Shown piece after piece: positions 27,592 to 39,736 of a stretch of 64,000 nucleotides of DNA. Source of the DNA: Macrostomum lignano (Eukaryota). The stretch is from NCBI GenBank assembly GCA_002269645.1, contig NIVC01000644.1, positions 135,996 through 199,995 on the forward strand, written 5' to 3'. A model generated the notes under the pieces. It did not search any database, was not told the DNA's origin, and saw nothing but the letters and a program-made list of their open reading frames with translations. Position numbers and translations under genes: made by a program. Position 1 is the stretch's first letter. Each line of letters starts with the position of its first letter.

Positions 27592-27620
27592 CGCAGTGGA
27601 AGCGTGCTGGGCCCATAACC
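27592..27620 (-). other. Primer-binding site complementary to the 5' half of initiator tRNA-Met
   Basis: The + strand CGCAGTGGAAGCGTGCTGGGCCCATAACC equals the D-arm to anticodon-stem sequence of metazoan tRNA-iMet as I recall it; it abuts the 5' LTR. Confidence 0.9.
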
Positions 27621-27907
27621 TGTTGAAGTTTGCTTCTTTTAATTAAGTATATTTTATCAGTTTGAACAAAAAGAAATACACAAGATGAAAAATTGAGCAG
27701 TTTGGGGGGGGCACTTAAAGTATTAGCGTATTTGCGATATGAACTAACAACCATAGATATATCGGTACGATACTGTATTGAATATTTATTGAACTTTCTA
27801 GAAAGGGATACGCACAGCTATTTGCATTAACAATATTAATCAATATTATGTATCTGACAATTACTATATAAAGTACTAAAAGTACGAGCTATATACTATA
27901 AACAACA
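27621..27907 (-). repeat. 5' LTR of the copia element, 287 bp
   Basis: Direct repeat of 23130-23416. Confidence 0.97.
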
Positions 27908-27952
27908 GTGTGAGTGCTTCACATTCCAGCTGCATGCTGTAGCTTTCGGGCA

Positions 27953-28482
27953 CTGGCTTCACCGGGTACCGGCTTCACCGGGTACCAGCTTCACCGGGTA
28001 CCGGCTTCACCGGGTACCGGCTTCACCGGGTACCGGCTTCACCGGGTACCGGCTTCACCGGGTACCGGCTTCACCGGGTACCGGCTTCACCGGGTACCGG
28101 CTTCACCGGGTACCGGCTTCACCGGGTACCGGCTTCACCGGGTACCGGCTTCACCGGGTACCGGCTTCACCGGGTACCGGCTTCACCGGGTACCGGCTTC
28201 ACCGGGTACCGGCTTCACCGGGTACCGGCTTCACCGGGTACCGGCTTCACCGGGTACCGGCTTCACCGGGTACCGGCTTCACCGGGTACCGGCTTCACCG
28301 GGTACCGGCTTCACCGGGTACCGGCTTCACCGGGTACCGGCTTCACCGGGTACCGGCTTCACCGGGTACCGGCTTCACCGGGTACCGGCTTCACCGGGTA
28401 CCGGCTTCACCGGGTACCGGCTTCACCGGGTACCGGCTTCACCGGGTACCGGCTTCACCGGGTACCGGCTTCACCGGGTACC
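27953..28482. repeat. 16-bp CpG-rich minisatellite (ACCGGGTACCGGCTTC), about 33 copies
   Basis: Near-perfect tandem; GGTACC palindrome in each unit. Confidence 0.97.
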
Positions 28483-28734
28483 GAAACGAAAGCAAACGCA
28501 CGGGCAGAAAATATCGGATCTTTGTCGAAAATGATTGACAAAGGAAATTTTCAGGCCTTTTGAAATGTGAAATTTAGCAGTTGGAGATTTCGAGCAGACG
28601 CCCACGAAACAGGTCAAAAAGATAAGCCTGTTGAAGTCGAAGCTTAACGCTCGGAATTTTTTATTCTCAAATTTTAAAAAAAGAAAAATATTAAGGCAGT
28701 CTGAAGCTTCAGCTTTCGAATTGCCACGCTTACG

Positions 28735-29255
28735 GGGGTGGCCGAGATGCCAACCCTCAGGGGAGGGAATGGCCGAGATGTCAATCCTCAGGGGAGGGAA
28801 TGGCCGAGATGCCAATCCTCAGGGTGTGTCCGAGATGCCAATCCTCAGGGGGTGTCTGAGATGCCAATCCTCAGGGGGTGTCTGAGATGCCAATCCTCAG
28901 GGGGTGTCTGAGATGCCAATCCTCAGGGGGTGTCCGAGATGCCAATCCTCAGGGGGTGTCTGAGATGCCAATCCTCAGGGGGTGTCTGAGATGCCAATCC
29001 TCAGGGGGTGTCCGAGATGCCAATCCTCAGGGGGTGTCTGAGATGCCAATCCTCAGGGGGTGTCCGAGATGCCAATCCTCATGGGTGGCTGAGATTCCAA
29101 TCCTCAGTGGGAGAGGGTGGCCGAGATGCCAATCCTCATGGGTGGCCGAGATGCCAATCCTCAGGGAGTGTCCGAGATGCCAATCCTCATGGGTGGCCGA
29201 GATGCCAATTCTCAGGGGGTGGCCGAGATTCCAATCCTGAGGTTGGATGCCAACC
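28735..29255. repeat. 26-bp minisatellite (GAGATGCCAATCCTCAGGGGGTGTCT)
   Basis: Directly visible, degenerate at both ends. Confidence 0.92.
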
Positions 29256-30169
29256 TCAGAGGAAGGGGGTGGATGGGTGAGGGGGACTAACCATTCTGAC
29301 TGTACAAAGATTTCTACACGTACAATTTATTCGAGTAAATTTTTATTACTTCCTTTTTGTCTTCCGAACTTGGGCGAAGATTTTTCGTCTAGCTTAAATT
29401 TTCCTTTTAAATTTTCTTCGAAATGAAGATGTTTAAGCCCAACTACAAATTAAAGAGAGTAAAAAATATTTTTTAGAATTCATTTGATCATTTTTTCATT
29501 TCAACAAATAGCTTGAATTTTTGGCTCTCGGCTTTTAATTTCGATTGAAGAACTTTTAAATATTCTAAAAATAGCAACTGACGTCACGAAAACTGCGTCC
29601 TTCAAAAACAGTGTACTTTGAATGAGTCATTGAATCTCTGGCAGCTGGCACTGATAAAACTCTTACTGATATAAGAAACTCAATGCACTTTTCAGCTATT
29701 GAAATAAGCGGGGCTCGCCACAGAGTCGCTGCTGAATGTGGTGAAATGAGAACTCTCGATCAAAGACAGACAAATCATTTCTGAAGTCGGATTCTCAATC
29801 ACACTTGCTGATAAGCGCCAATTAGCCCTTCTTGTCTCGCTCTCGCGGCCCAATTACACGCGGCAGTGTCAGACTTGTACAATTCGTATTACTTTACACG
29901 GGTCGTTTGATTCACCTTCGTTCTTCTGCGCACCTGCCACGCTGGATTCACTACCTTGATTCACAAAACTTCAGTCAGAACTTTTTAAACTCTTTTCTTT
30001 AGTGTTCGGCAGACCCGCGGCCCGGCCTAATGCGGGATTTTCTGGGATTCTAATGGGTTTCAACTCCTAGCTGAAGCTGGATGTGATTTCCCTAAGCCCC
30101 TAGTATTTGTGTAGTATATGTGTATACAAGTTGCTCAGTAGACTATAGGGTGAACGATAATTAACTGCC

Positions 30170-30680
30170 GAACCTAACCTAACCCTCACCTAAACCCTGA
30201 CACCCTTAACCTAAATTCTACAACCCTAACCTAACACCCTAACACCCTACCTTAAACCCAAACACCCTAACCTAAATCCAAACACCCTAACCTAAACCCA
30301 AACACTCTAACCTAAACCCAAACACCCTAACCTAAACCCAAACACTCTAACCTAAACCCAAACACCCTAACTTAAACCCAAACACCCTAGCCTAAATCCA
30401 AACACCCTAACCTAAACCCAAACACTCTAACCTAAACCCAAACACCCTAACCTAAATCCAAACACCCTAACCTAAACCCAAACACTCTAACCTAAACCCA
30501 AACACCCTAACCTAAATCCAAACACCCTAACCTAAACCCAAACGCCCTAAACTAAACCTAAACACCCTAACCTAGATCTAACACCCTCAACTTAAACCTA
30601 AGCACCCCAAGCTAAACTTTGACATCCTAACCTAAACCCAAACACCCTAACCTAAACCCTAACACCCTAACCTAAACCTC
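30170..30680. repeat. Telomere-like 20-bp repeat (CCCTAACCTAAACCCAAACA)
   Basis: CCCTAA cores in a 20-nt period, degenerate at the edges. Confidence 0.85.
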
Positions 30681-31199
30681 AGGGGCGGCTTCAGCTTCAG
30701 AAACGCGCTCTTGAGATTCGCAGGTCTGAATCCGGGTCTGGGTTGGAAATCCTTCAATTCCATGAAATAAAAAAACCGTTAAAATGAAGAGTAAATTATA
30801 ATTAAAAAATAAGACAAAAACATTTGAGCAATTTTCGCCGGCTGGATTTCGAATCCTACCTAATTAAGTACCCTAGCCTCTAATTAACTTACCAATAGCC
30901 TTGCATCAAGATGTGATGATGAAATTACTGATGAAGTTACTGATTGAAAGGCCTGTTTCAATTTCGGATTGCGTTATTATTAAATTTTCAAGGCTAAACA
31001 TGCAATGCGCTGGGTTTATAGCGGGTGTTGCAGACTCAACCAACTCCTCTTCGCTTCTCGTCCTTCCTGATTTCTCTGGGAGAGCTCGATTAGATATTTG
31101 ACTGCAGGACAGCCATTGGGGAGGTGGCCGGCCTCAGAATGCGCTCCGGTCGCGTTTGATTGGCTGCTGCAAGGACAGTACAGTTGGATACCTGCCCTC

Positions 31200-33645
31200 A
31201 GCTCCCTGCCTGTGCCCCCTGTCTCTGTCATCTCCCTGTTGTCCCTGCCATCTCCTTGCCTGTGCCCCGTCTCTGTCATCTCCCTGCCTGTGCCCCGTCT
31301 CTGTCATCTCCCTGCCTGTGCCCCCTGTCTCTGTCATCTCCCTGTCCCTGTCCCTGCCATCTCCTTGCCTGTGCCCCGTCTCTGTCATCTCCCTGCCTGT
31401 GCCCCGTCTCTGTCATCTCCCTGCCTGCGCCCCCTGTCTCTGTCATCTCCCTGCCTGTGCCCCGTCTCTGTCATCTCCCTGCCTGTGCCCCGTCTCTGTC
31501 ATCTCCCTGCCTGTGCCCCCTGTCTCTGTCATCTCCCTGTTGTCCCTGCCATCTCCTTGCCTGTGCCCCGTCTCTGTCATCTCCCTGCCTGTGCCCCGTC
31601 TCTGTCATCTCCCTGCCTGTGCCCCGTCTCTGTCATCTCCCTGCCTGTGCCCCCTGTCTCTGTCATCTCCCTGTTGTCCCTGCCATCTCCTTGCCTGTGC
31701 CCCGTCTCTGTCATCTCCTGCCTGTGCCCCCTGTCTCTGTCATCTCCTGCCTGTGCCCCGTCTCTGTCATCACCTGCCTGCGCCCCCTGTCTCTGTCATC
31801 ACCTGTTGTCCTGCCATCTCCTGCCTGTGCCCCCTGTCTCTGTCATCACCTGCCTGCGCCCCCTGTCTCTGTCATCACCTGCCTGCGCCCCCTGTCTCTG
31901 TCATCTGCCTGTTGTCCCTGCCATCTCCTTGCCTGTGCCCCGTCTCTGTCATCACCTGCCTGCGCCCCCTGTCTCTGTCATCTGCCTGTTGTCCCTGCCA
32001 TCTCCTTGCCTGTGCCCCGTCTCTGTCATCACCTGCCTGCGCCCCCTGTCTCTGTCATCACCTGCCTGCGCCCCCTGTCTCTGTCATCTGCCTGTTGTCC
32101 CTGCCATCTCCTTGCCTGTGCCCCGTCTCTGTCATCACCTGCCTGCGCCCCCTGTCTCTGTCATCTGCCTGTTGTCCCTGCCATCTCCTTGCCTGTGCCC
32201 CGTCTCTGTCATCACCTGCCTGCGCCCCCTGTCTCTGTCATCTGCCTGTTGTCCCTGCCATCTCCTTGCCTGTGCCCCTGTCTCTGTCATCACCTGCCTG
32301 CGCCCCCTGTCTCTGTCATCACCTGCCTGCGCCCCCTGTCTCTGTCATCACCTGCCTGCGCCCCCTGTCTCTGTCATCTGCCTGTTGTCCCTGCCATCTC
32401 CTTGCCTGTGCCCCGTCTCTGTCATCACCTGCCTGCGCCCCCTGTCTCTGTCATCTGCCTGCCTGTGCCCCCTGTCTCTGTCATCTCCCTGCCCTGTGCC
32501 CCCTGTCTCTGTCATCTCCCTGCCTGCGCCCCCTGTCTCTGTCATCTCCCTGCCTGCGCCCCCTGTCTCTGTCATCACCTGCCTGTGCCCCCTGTCTCTG
32601 TCATCTCCCTGCCTGTGCCCCCTGTCTCTGTCATCTCCCTGCCTGTGCCCCCTGTCTCTGTCATCTCCCTGCCTGTGCCCCCTGTCTCTGTCATCTCCCT
32701 GCCTGTGCCCCCTGTCTCTGTCATCTCCCTGCCTGTGCCCCCTGTCTCTGTCATCTCCCTGCCCTGTGCCCCCTGTCTCTGTCATCTCCCTGCCTGTGCC
32801 CCCTGTCTCTGTCATCTCCCTGCCTGCGCCCCCTGTCTCTGTCATCACCTGCCCTGTGCCCCCTGTCTCTGTCATCTCCCTGCCTGTGCCCCCTGTCTCT
32901 GTCATCTCCCTGCCCTGTGCCCCCTGTCTCTGTCATCTCCCTGCCTGTGCCCCCTGTCTCTGTCATCACCTGCCTGTGCCCCCTGTCTCTGTCATCTCCC
33001 TGCCTGCGCCCCCTGTCTCTGTCATCACCTGCCTGTGCCCCCTGTCTCTGTCATCACCTGCCTGTGCCCCCTGTCTCTGTCATCACCTGCCTGTGCCCCC
33101 TGTCTCTGTCATCACCTGCCTGTGCCCCCTGTCTCTGTCATCTCCCTGCCTGCGCCCCCTGTCTCTGTCATCACCTGCCTGTGCCCCCTGTCTCTGTCAT
33201 CACCTGCCTGTGCCCCCTGTCTCTGTCATCACTTGCCTGTGCCCCCTGTCTCTGTCATCACCTGCCTGTGCCCCCTGTCTCTGTCACCTCCCTGCCTGTG
33301 CCCCTGTCTCTGTCATCACCTGCCTGTGCCCCCTGTCTCTGTCATCACCTGCCTGTGCCCCCTGTCTCTGTCACCTCCCTGCCTGTGCCCCCTGTCTCTG
33401 TCATCACCTGCCTGTGCCCCCTGTCTCTGTCATCTCCCTGCCTGTGCCCCCTGTCTCTGTCACCTCCCTGCCTGTGCCCCCTGTCTCTGTCATCACCTGC
33501 CTGTGCCCCCTGTCTCTGTCACCTCCCTGCCTGTGCCCCTGTCTCTGTCACCTCCCTGCCTGTGCCCCCTGTCTCTGTCATCACCTGCCTGTGCCCCCTG
33601 TCTCTGTCACCTCCCTGCCTGTGCCCCTGTCTCTGTCATCTCACT
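31200..33645. repeat. C/T-rich minisatellite of about 30 bp (CCCTGCCTGTGCCCCCTGTCTCTGTCATCT)
   Basis: 30-nt period clear at 32581-32760; variant blocks elsewhere. Confidence 0.95.
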
Positions 33646-34072
33646 GTTAGATGTCATGTCCCTTGCCCTTTCACCTCCTTGTCTCTGTCATCTCTATGTC
33701 ACAACCGTTTTTCCAGGGTCTCAGAGATATGTAAAGTATATTATATATATAATAATTTACATGTCGCAAACATTCGATAATCCAGCCTCTCATTTGTCTA
33801 GTTCCGTTCTCTACTTTTTCCATCCAGTTTTTGAGCAATTCAAACGCTATAAAAAATTTCTGTATTGCTTTGTGTGGCACTAGAAACAATTGAAAACCGT
33901 TTCCAAGCTAAAGTACACAGAAAAGCCGGGAGGCAGTGCTCTGCAGTGCCATATTATTTTATTTATGGCCCTCCCTTTCGCTGTTGCGGCGCAAAGCAGT
34001 TGATCAACAAAAAAACTGCAGCATTCGAAGTACCGAATTTGCTTCCAGAGGCTTTGGAGCTGAATAGGAAGC

Positions 34073-34570
34073 AGTAGACAAATTGATACCATAGACAAAT
34101 TGATACCATAGACAATTTGATACCATAGACAAATTGATACCATAGACAAATTGATAACCAGAGACAAATTGATACCATAGAAAAATTGATACCATAGACA
34201 ATTTGATACCATAGACAATTTGATACCATGGACAATTAGATACCATAGACAAATTGATACCATAGACAAATTGATACCATAGACAAATTGATACCATAGA
34301 CAAATTGATACCATAGACAATTTGATACCATAGACAAATTGATACCATAGACAATTTGATACCATAGACAAATTGATACCATAGACAAATTGATACCATA
34401 GACAAATTGATACCATAGACAATTTGATACCATAGACAAATTGATACCATAGACAAATTGATACCATAGACAAATTGATACCATAGACAATTTGATACCA
34501 TAGACAAATTGATACCATAGACAATTTGATAACCAGAGACAAATTCATACCAGAGACAAATTCATACCAT
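34073..34570. repeat. 17-bp minisatellite (GATACCATAGACAAATT)
   Basis: Directly visible. Confidence 0.95.
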
Positions 34571-35014
34571 TGAGTCAAATCTGAGACGTCCTGAAATCGA
34601 AGAACTTGTCAATGGTAAAAAAGAATTCGATTGAAAAAAGACGCAACCAATTCAGGTGTGCTATTCAAAACACAATTCTGCGTGAACAGTACGCACTGTA
34701 ACAGCACCATACTCCATACTCTTGGCAGCTTCACTATGCGAGCCGTATTGATGCCACTGATGTAGAATTTCTGCGACTTCTTTAGGCACGAGGAATCGAT
34801 CGCAGTTTTCTGTCCAGCACTTGTAAACGAATTCACCATATCGGCTTCGGCTGTCACGCTTCTATGCGGCTTCGAAAGTGCTGCGATCGAAAATCCCAAA
34901 TTTTTCTGCTTTTAGGAGAAAGCCAATGTGACTTGTGAAGCGTTTGCGTCTCTTCTTGCTGCTGATGAATTATTCAGCCCTGATCTTACTGGGGAGTTCA
35001 CCCTCTGCCAGCTC

Positions 35015-35381
<367 letters not shown>

Positions 35382-36107
35382 GAGAACCCACTGCTTTAAC
35401 TTGCTCGCTCGAAACAAAAGACGACAAAAGGTTTTCATTATTTAGTAGATGAGCTTTCCAGTTGAGAAATTTGCGAACCGACTGAGTCAGTTTGAGATAA
35501 AGATTGATGCTAGATTGCAACACTGCTCTGAAAATATAGGGAACTGTGCATTCTGAGCTTTCAAAATCCGTCCAGGTCATTAGTCACCTGCTTGCAAAAT
35601 GACAGAGTAAGGAGACGGAGGGATGCAGAGAATGCTGGGCAACGCTGAGTGAAAATCAGATCTGAGCACATAATTTTCTCCAGTCTTCCTGTTTGAGAGC
35701 GGGGCCTGATAAATATTTAAAATTCTGTTCAAGCGCCACCCATCAACTCCAGGGCAGTTGGGACTCGAATATTCAATCAAGCAACTCTGCACGTTTGAGC
35801 CGTATGCACTTTTAGATGTTCGCAATTACTTTTTTGGGATTCTACCGTTAGTTTATGATGCTCTTATACCTTTCTTCATGAGGGTAGCAGCTCTCATCGA
35901 TTTCTTAGCAAAGTTTGACTGTGCCAGCCCCCACCGGAAGTTGATAAGATATTACGGCTGTCGATTTCCTGTTTTGGTGATCTTTTCAAAGAGTTGGTAT
36001 CTATAAGTGACTGAGGGTCGACTGGCAGGTAAAAGGGGATTGAGATTTTGGTTTACTTAGACACGACGAAAAACCAACACTGAACTGTTTTTAGAATCAG
36101 ATTTGAC

Positions 36108-36855
36108 CATGAGAAATGCTCGCTGTCATGAAAAATCGGCTGTGTCCATGAGAAATGCTCGCTACATCATAAAGAATCGGCTGTGTCCATGAGAAATGCT
36201 CGCTACGTCATGCAGGATCGGCTGTGTCCATGAGAAATGCTCGCTACGTCATGCAGAATCGGCTGTGTCCATGAGAAATGCTCGCTACGTCATGCAGAAT
36301 CGGCTGTGTCGATGAGAAATGCTCGCTACGTCATGCAGAATCGGCTGTGTCCATGAGAAATGCTCGCTGTCATGAAAAATCGGCTGTGTCCATGAGAAAT
36401 GCTCGCTGTCATGAAAAATCGGCTGTGTCCATGAGAAATGCTCGCTACATCATAAAGAATCGGCTGTGTCCATGAGAAATGCTCGCTACGTCATGCAGAA
36501 TCGGCTGTGTCCATGAGAAATGCTCGCTACGTCATGCAGGATCGGCTGTGTCCATGAGAAATGCTCGCTACGTCATGCAGGATCGGCTGTGTCCATGAGA
36601 AATGCTCGCTACGTCATGCAGAATCGGCTGTGTCCATGAGAAAGGCTCGCTACGTCATGCAGAATCGGCTGTGTCCATGAGAAATGCTCGCTACGTCATG
36701 CAGAATCGGCTGTGTCGATGAGAAATGCTCGCTACATCATAAAGAATCGGCTGTGTCCATGAGAAATGCTCGATACATCATAAAGAATCGGCTGTGTCCA
36801 TGAGAAATGCTCGCTACATCATAAAGAATCGGCTGTGTCCATGAGAAATGCTCGT
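36108..36855. repeat. 41-bp minisatellite (CATGAGAAATGCTCGCTACGTCATGCAGAATCGGCTGTGTC) with shorter variants
   Basis: Directly visible. Confidence 0.95.
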
Positions 36856-36933
36856 GTAAGCACCTAAGAAGGCAACAATGGTTTACAACTTATTCTATAC
36901 TATACCGAACTATGCATTCCCATCCCCTTGTAA

Positions 36934-37100
36934 GGGGTTGTAGCCTAGTGGTTAAGAGCGTCGGACTCACGACTGAAAGGTCAGGGGTTCGATTCTCGAT
37001 CCAATCGGAACAATTTGTATCCTTGAGCAAGACACTTAACTCTGCATTGCTTCAGTTCACACCGGTTCAAACTCAGATTGCCTCTCAGTGACACTCTACT
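36934..37100 (+). mobile_element. tRNA-derived SINE with a CORE-like central domain (3' boundary uncertain)
   Basis: A-box TAGCCTAGTGGTTA (36941), B-box GGTTCGATTCTC (36986), then TCCTTGAGCAAGACACTTAAC resembling the CORE-SINE motif; the anticodon arm does not fold as a tRNA. Confidence 0.65.
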
Positions 37101-38829
37101 CCACATCTCGCAATGGGTTTGGGTGGCAAAGCCGAGGAAATCAAATTGAAGTCCGAGCCACTCCCGGGGAATACTGATGCTATCGACAGTCCCTTTTCTT
37201 TTGGTCCGAAGTCTGACCCATATCCCATCAGTAGATCCCAACCGGTACCGAAAAGTTCTAAGCTTTCTTCAAAACTTCAAAACCACTTCTATTCGAGGGT
37301 TCTCGAGTTCCGGAGAAGTTTGCTAAATCTTCGTTCGTACTTTAGATAGATTGGTTGGAATAGGTTTTGGAATAGGAAATTTGCAGAACACAAAGCATCC
37401 ATGGAGACAAATAATATACCCATTTTAAAAAGCGTTGTGATTTCATTCTAAGATTAATGACACAGCTGGCCTTGAGGAAAAAACTCATTCGAATGCTGGG
37501 TCCGCTAGCACTACAGGCTACAACTTGGCAAAGAGAGCTGAATTTCTTCAAATAAGGACATTCGAGGATTCATTCATATTCAGACGCTAAAGTACGAGCG
37601 TGCCTCTTGTCTTGGTTCCTGGCTTACGCATTGCTGCCATGCTCTCATGCATGCATCCATGACCTGGGGAACGGCGGATAACATAAAATATCGCTGCTAG
37701 ATATTAAATGAAATTGACTAGTTCCCATGCAGTCTCCCTGACGAAAGGTCCCATCATTACTCGTAGTTGGTTCTTTGTGGGAGTTTGTTCCCGCTTAAGT
37801 TTTGAGAACCTGATCGAGCTCTCGAATGTTTTAATGAGCACACGGTTCAAATTTATGACGAGTTACAGAATGGAAGGAGGAAGCAAAATGCAGTTACAAT
37901 TGCATTGGAAAGCCTCAGAAGTCAGACTGTCAGCGCGCCCAGATCGCCAGAGACAACTTTTTTCCCATAATTGGCTCCCATGCTTCTGTAATAAAAGCGG
38001 AGCACCGCAGAGAATCCCCCGTGCGGTGCAGTAAAGAAATCCAATTTCGCCCCACAGGACGGCCGCACAACTTGCAGCAACCAGCGCCAGCTCATGGTAT
38101 GCCGCTGAGGAAGATACGACCCACCAGATCCCTATTCCCCAAGGAGAGGGAGAGCGGCGCCTTTTCAAAGCGCAAGAAGATTGCCTTTCCGCTACCATGC
38201 AGTCCAGATCGGTTCCCGACGGGGGGGGGGCTTTCAGAGCTTCTGCAGCGACACAGTTGGGGGGTGGTGTTTTCAAAATGAAAGCAAAATAGTCAGCTAA
38301 ATCTATATGTGCACTTCAGGGACTGTTTTCCTTCCTTTTTGTTTTCAATGAAATTATATATTTAGTGGGTTATTTATACAGAATGTTGAGTCCTCCGAAT
38401 TCTTTTCCTTGCTGCGTGTTGTTTGACCCCGGAAGCCCGTAATTCCCGAATAAATCACATAGGTAGAATTACAAAACAGATTATTAATGAAATTGGAATT
38501 CATCAATAAAATCAGGATGTTGTGAAGCCACTGTCATTATTTTCGATTGTACTTTTCGACCAACCGGCTATTCTATCATGGAAAACAGCATAAAGCCACT
38601 TTCTTACTCCCAAAAAGTCGACATTGTTGTGCAGGGGCTACAATTTAGGGACAATATTGTTTTCAAAAAATTACGCTCGGAGTCAATATTGCTGGCTTCA
38701 TAAAGATAAATTTAAAAGCAGAACGCTTTAGCTCTGAGAAGCAGCTTTCGAAAACCTAAGATACGAGCTATCTATGAGCATCCCAATTGAATCTCGAAAT
38801 ATCAGCATGTCACATCATTGACTGGTGGT

Positions 38830-39736
38830 AGCTCAGCAACTCCCCTGTGAGCCTTGGCATCTCAGCAACTCCCTGTGAGCCTTGGCATCTCAGCAACTCC
38901 CCTGTGAGCCTTGGCATCTCAGCAACTCCCTGTGAGCCTTGGCATCTCAGCAACTCCCTGTGAGCCTTGGCATCTCAGCAACTCCCCTGTGAGCCTTGGC
39001 ATCTCAGCAACTCCCTTGTGAGCCTTGGCATCTCAGCAACTCCCTGTGAGCCTTGGCATCTCAGCAACTCCCTTGTGAGCCTTGGCATCTCAGCAACTCC
39101 CTTGTGAGCCTTGGCATCTCAGCAACTCCCCTGTGAGCCTTGGCATCTCAGCAACTCCCCTGTGAGCCTTGGCATCTCAGCAACTCCCCTGTGAGCTTTG
39201 GCATCTCAGCAACTCCCCTGTGAGCCTTGGCGTCTCAGCAACTCCCCTGTGATCCTTGGCATCTCAGCAACTCCCCTGTGAGCCTTGGCATCTCAGCAAC
39301 TCCCTTGTGAGCCTTGGCATCTCAGCAACTCCCCTGTGAGCCTTGGCATCTCAGCAACTCCCTTGTGAGCCTTGGCATCTCAGCAACTCCCCTGTGAGCC
39401 TTGGCATCTCAGCAACTCCCTTGTGAGCCTTGGCATCTCAGCAACTCCCTTGTGAGCCTTGGCATCTCAGCAACTCCCTGTGAGCCTTGGCATCTCAGCA
39501 ACTCCCTTGTGAGCCTTGGCATCTCAGCAACTCCCTTGTGAGCCTTGGCATCTCAGCAACTCCCTTGTGAGCCTTGGCATCTCAGCAACTCCCCTGTGAG
39601 CCTTGGCATCTCAGCAACTCCCCTGTGAGCCTTGGCATCTCAGCAACTCCCCTGTGAGCTTTGGCATCTCAGCAACTCCCCTGTGAGCCTTGGCGTCTCA
39701 GCAACTCCCCTGTGATCCTTGGCATCTCAGCAACTC
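38830..39736. repeat. 28-29-bp minisatellite (CAGCAACTCCCCTGTGAGCCTTGGCATCT)
   Basis: Directly visible, about 31 copies. Confidence 0.96.

Larger units (their letters stand above)
23130..27907 (-). mobile_element. Full-length Ty1/copia LTR retrotransposon, 4778 bp
   Basis: TG...CA LTRs at 23130-23416 and 27621-27907; 5-bp TSD GTGTG (23125-23129, 27908-27912); PBS next to the 5' LTR; polypurine tract AAGTGGGAG next to the 3' LTR; single gag-pol ORF. Confidence 0.98.

Noticed and set aside
33840-34070. Possible hAT transposase remnant (VALETIENRFQ)
   Set aside because: Only a short motif resemblance, with no TIR or catalytic residues found.
36934-37005. tRNA gene candidate
   Set aside because: A and B boxes are present but the acceptor and anticodon stems do not pair; treated as a SINE head, as is 48550-48625.
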